NCBI GenBank assembly: GCA_036785375.1
Contig: JAWMAR010000016.1
Span: 8,060,001 to 8,124,000 of the forward strand
DNA: 64,000 bases
Source: Leucoraja ocellata
Lineage: Eukaryota
Direction: 5' to 3'
Position numbers and translations under genes: made by a program. How positions within the stretch are numbered: position 1 is the stretch's first letter; each line of letters begins with the position of its first letter. Below are positions 63,806-64,000 of the stretch, piece by piece. Under the pieces are notes generated by a model. That model searched no databases. It was not told the DNA's origin and saw only the letters and a list, made by a program, of their open reading frames with translations.

Positions 63806-64000
63806 TCTTCTTGATCCGCGGCGACGGGGTCACTACTTCGTGGAGCCAGGGAACGGGCTCCATCCATCTTGCCCACAGTTATCGTGTGAGAGCTAACTTT
63901 GTTGTATTTTTTTAATTTCGTTCACTTAGTTTTTTTTTTGTTTTTTAAACGCGTCGATTATTCCCGACCGAAGATAAGACGCAAAACATGCTGGAGTAAC

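Noticed and set aside
63093-63863. 256-aa ORF on the minus strand
   Set aside because: It runs through a Penelope fold-back repeat (LKKGLD...RDAACPA recurs in many spurious ORFs here) and shows no recognisable domain.

Overview
Vertebrate genomic DNA. The repeat content (CR1-clade LINEs, tRNA-derived SINEs, Penelope-derived units, Rex1/Babar LINEs) suggests a cartilaginous fish, probably a skate or ray; this is inference. Two spliced genes were reconstructed by hand in convergent orientation. APOBEC2 is on + (join 29322..29434, 39120..39654; 215 aa) with a perfect CArG box about 90-100 bp upstream of its ATG. OARD1/TARG1 is on - (five coding exons, 61924 down to 54254; 219 aa) and has a 62-aa C-terminal extension compared with human. 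The rest is dense, often nested transposon sequence: CR1 and Rex1 LINE fragments, an IR/DR-type Tc1 element, hAT- and Harbinger-like MITEs, and SINEs. The most notable non-genic signal is about 25 copies of a Penelope-derived terminal repeat carrying a minimal hammerhead-ribozyme-like core (CTGAAGA-stem II-GAAACGTC). Several copies form 200-360 bp fold-back units with 11-16 bp target duplications, and two of these sit within about 100 nt of exons. Repeat boundaries without a TSD or TIR are approximate. No prokaryotic system is present.
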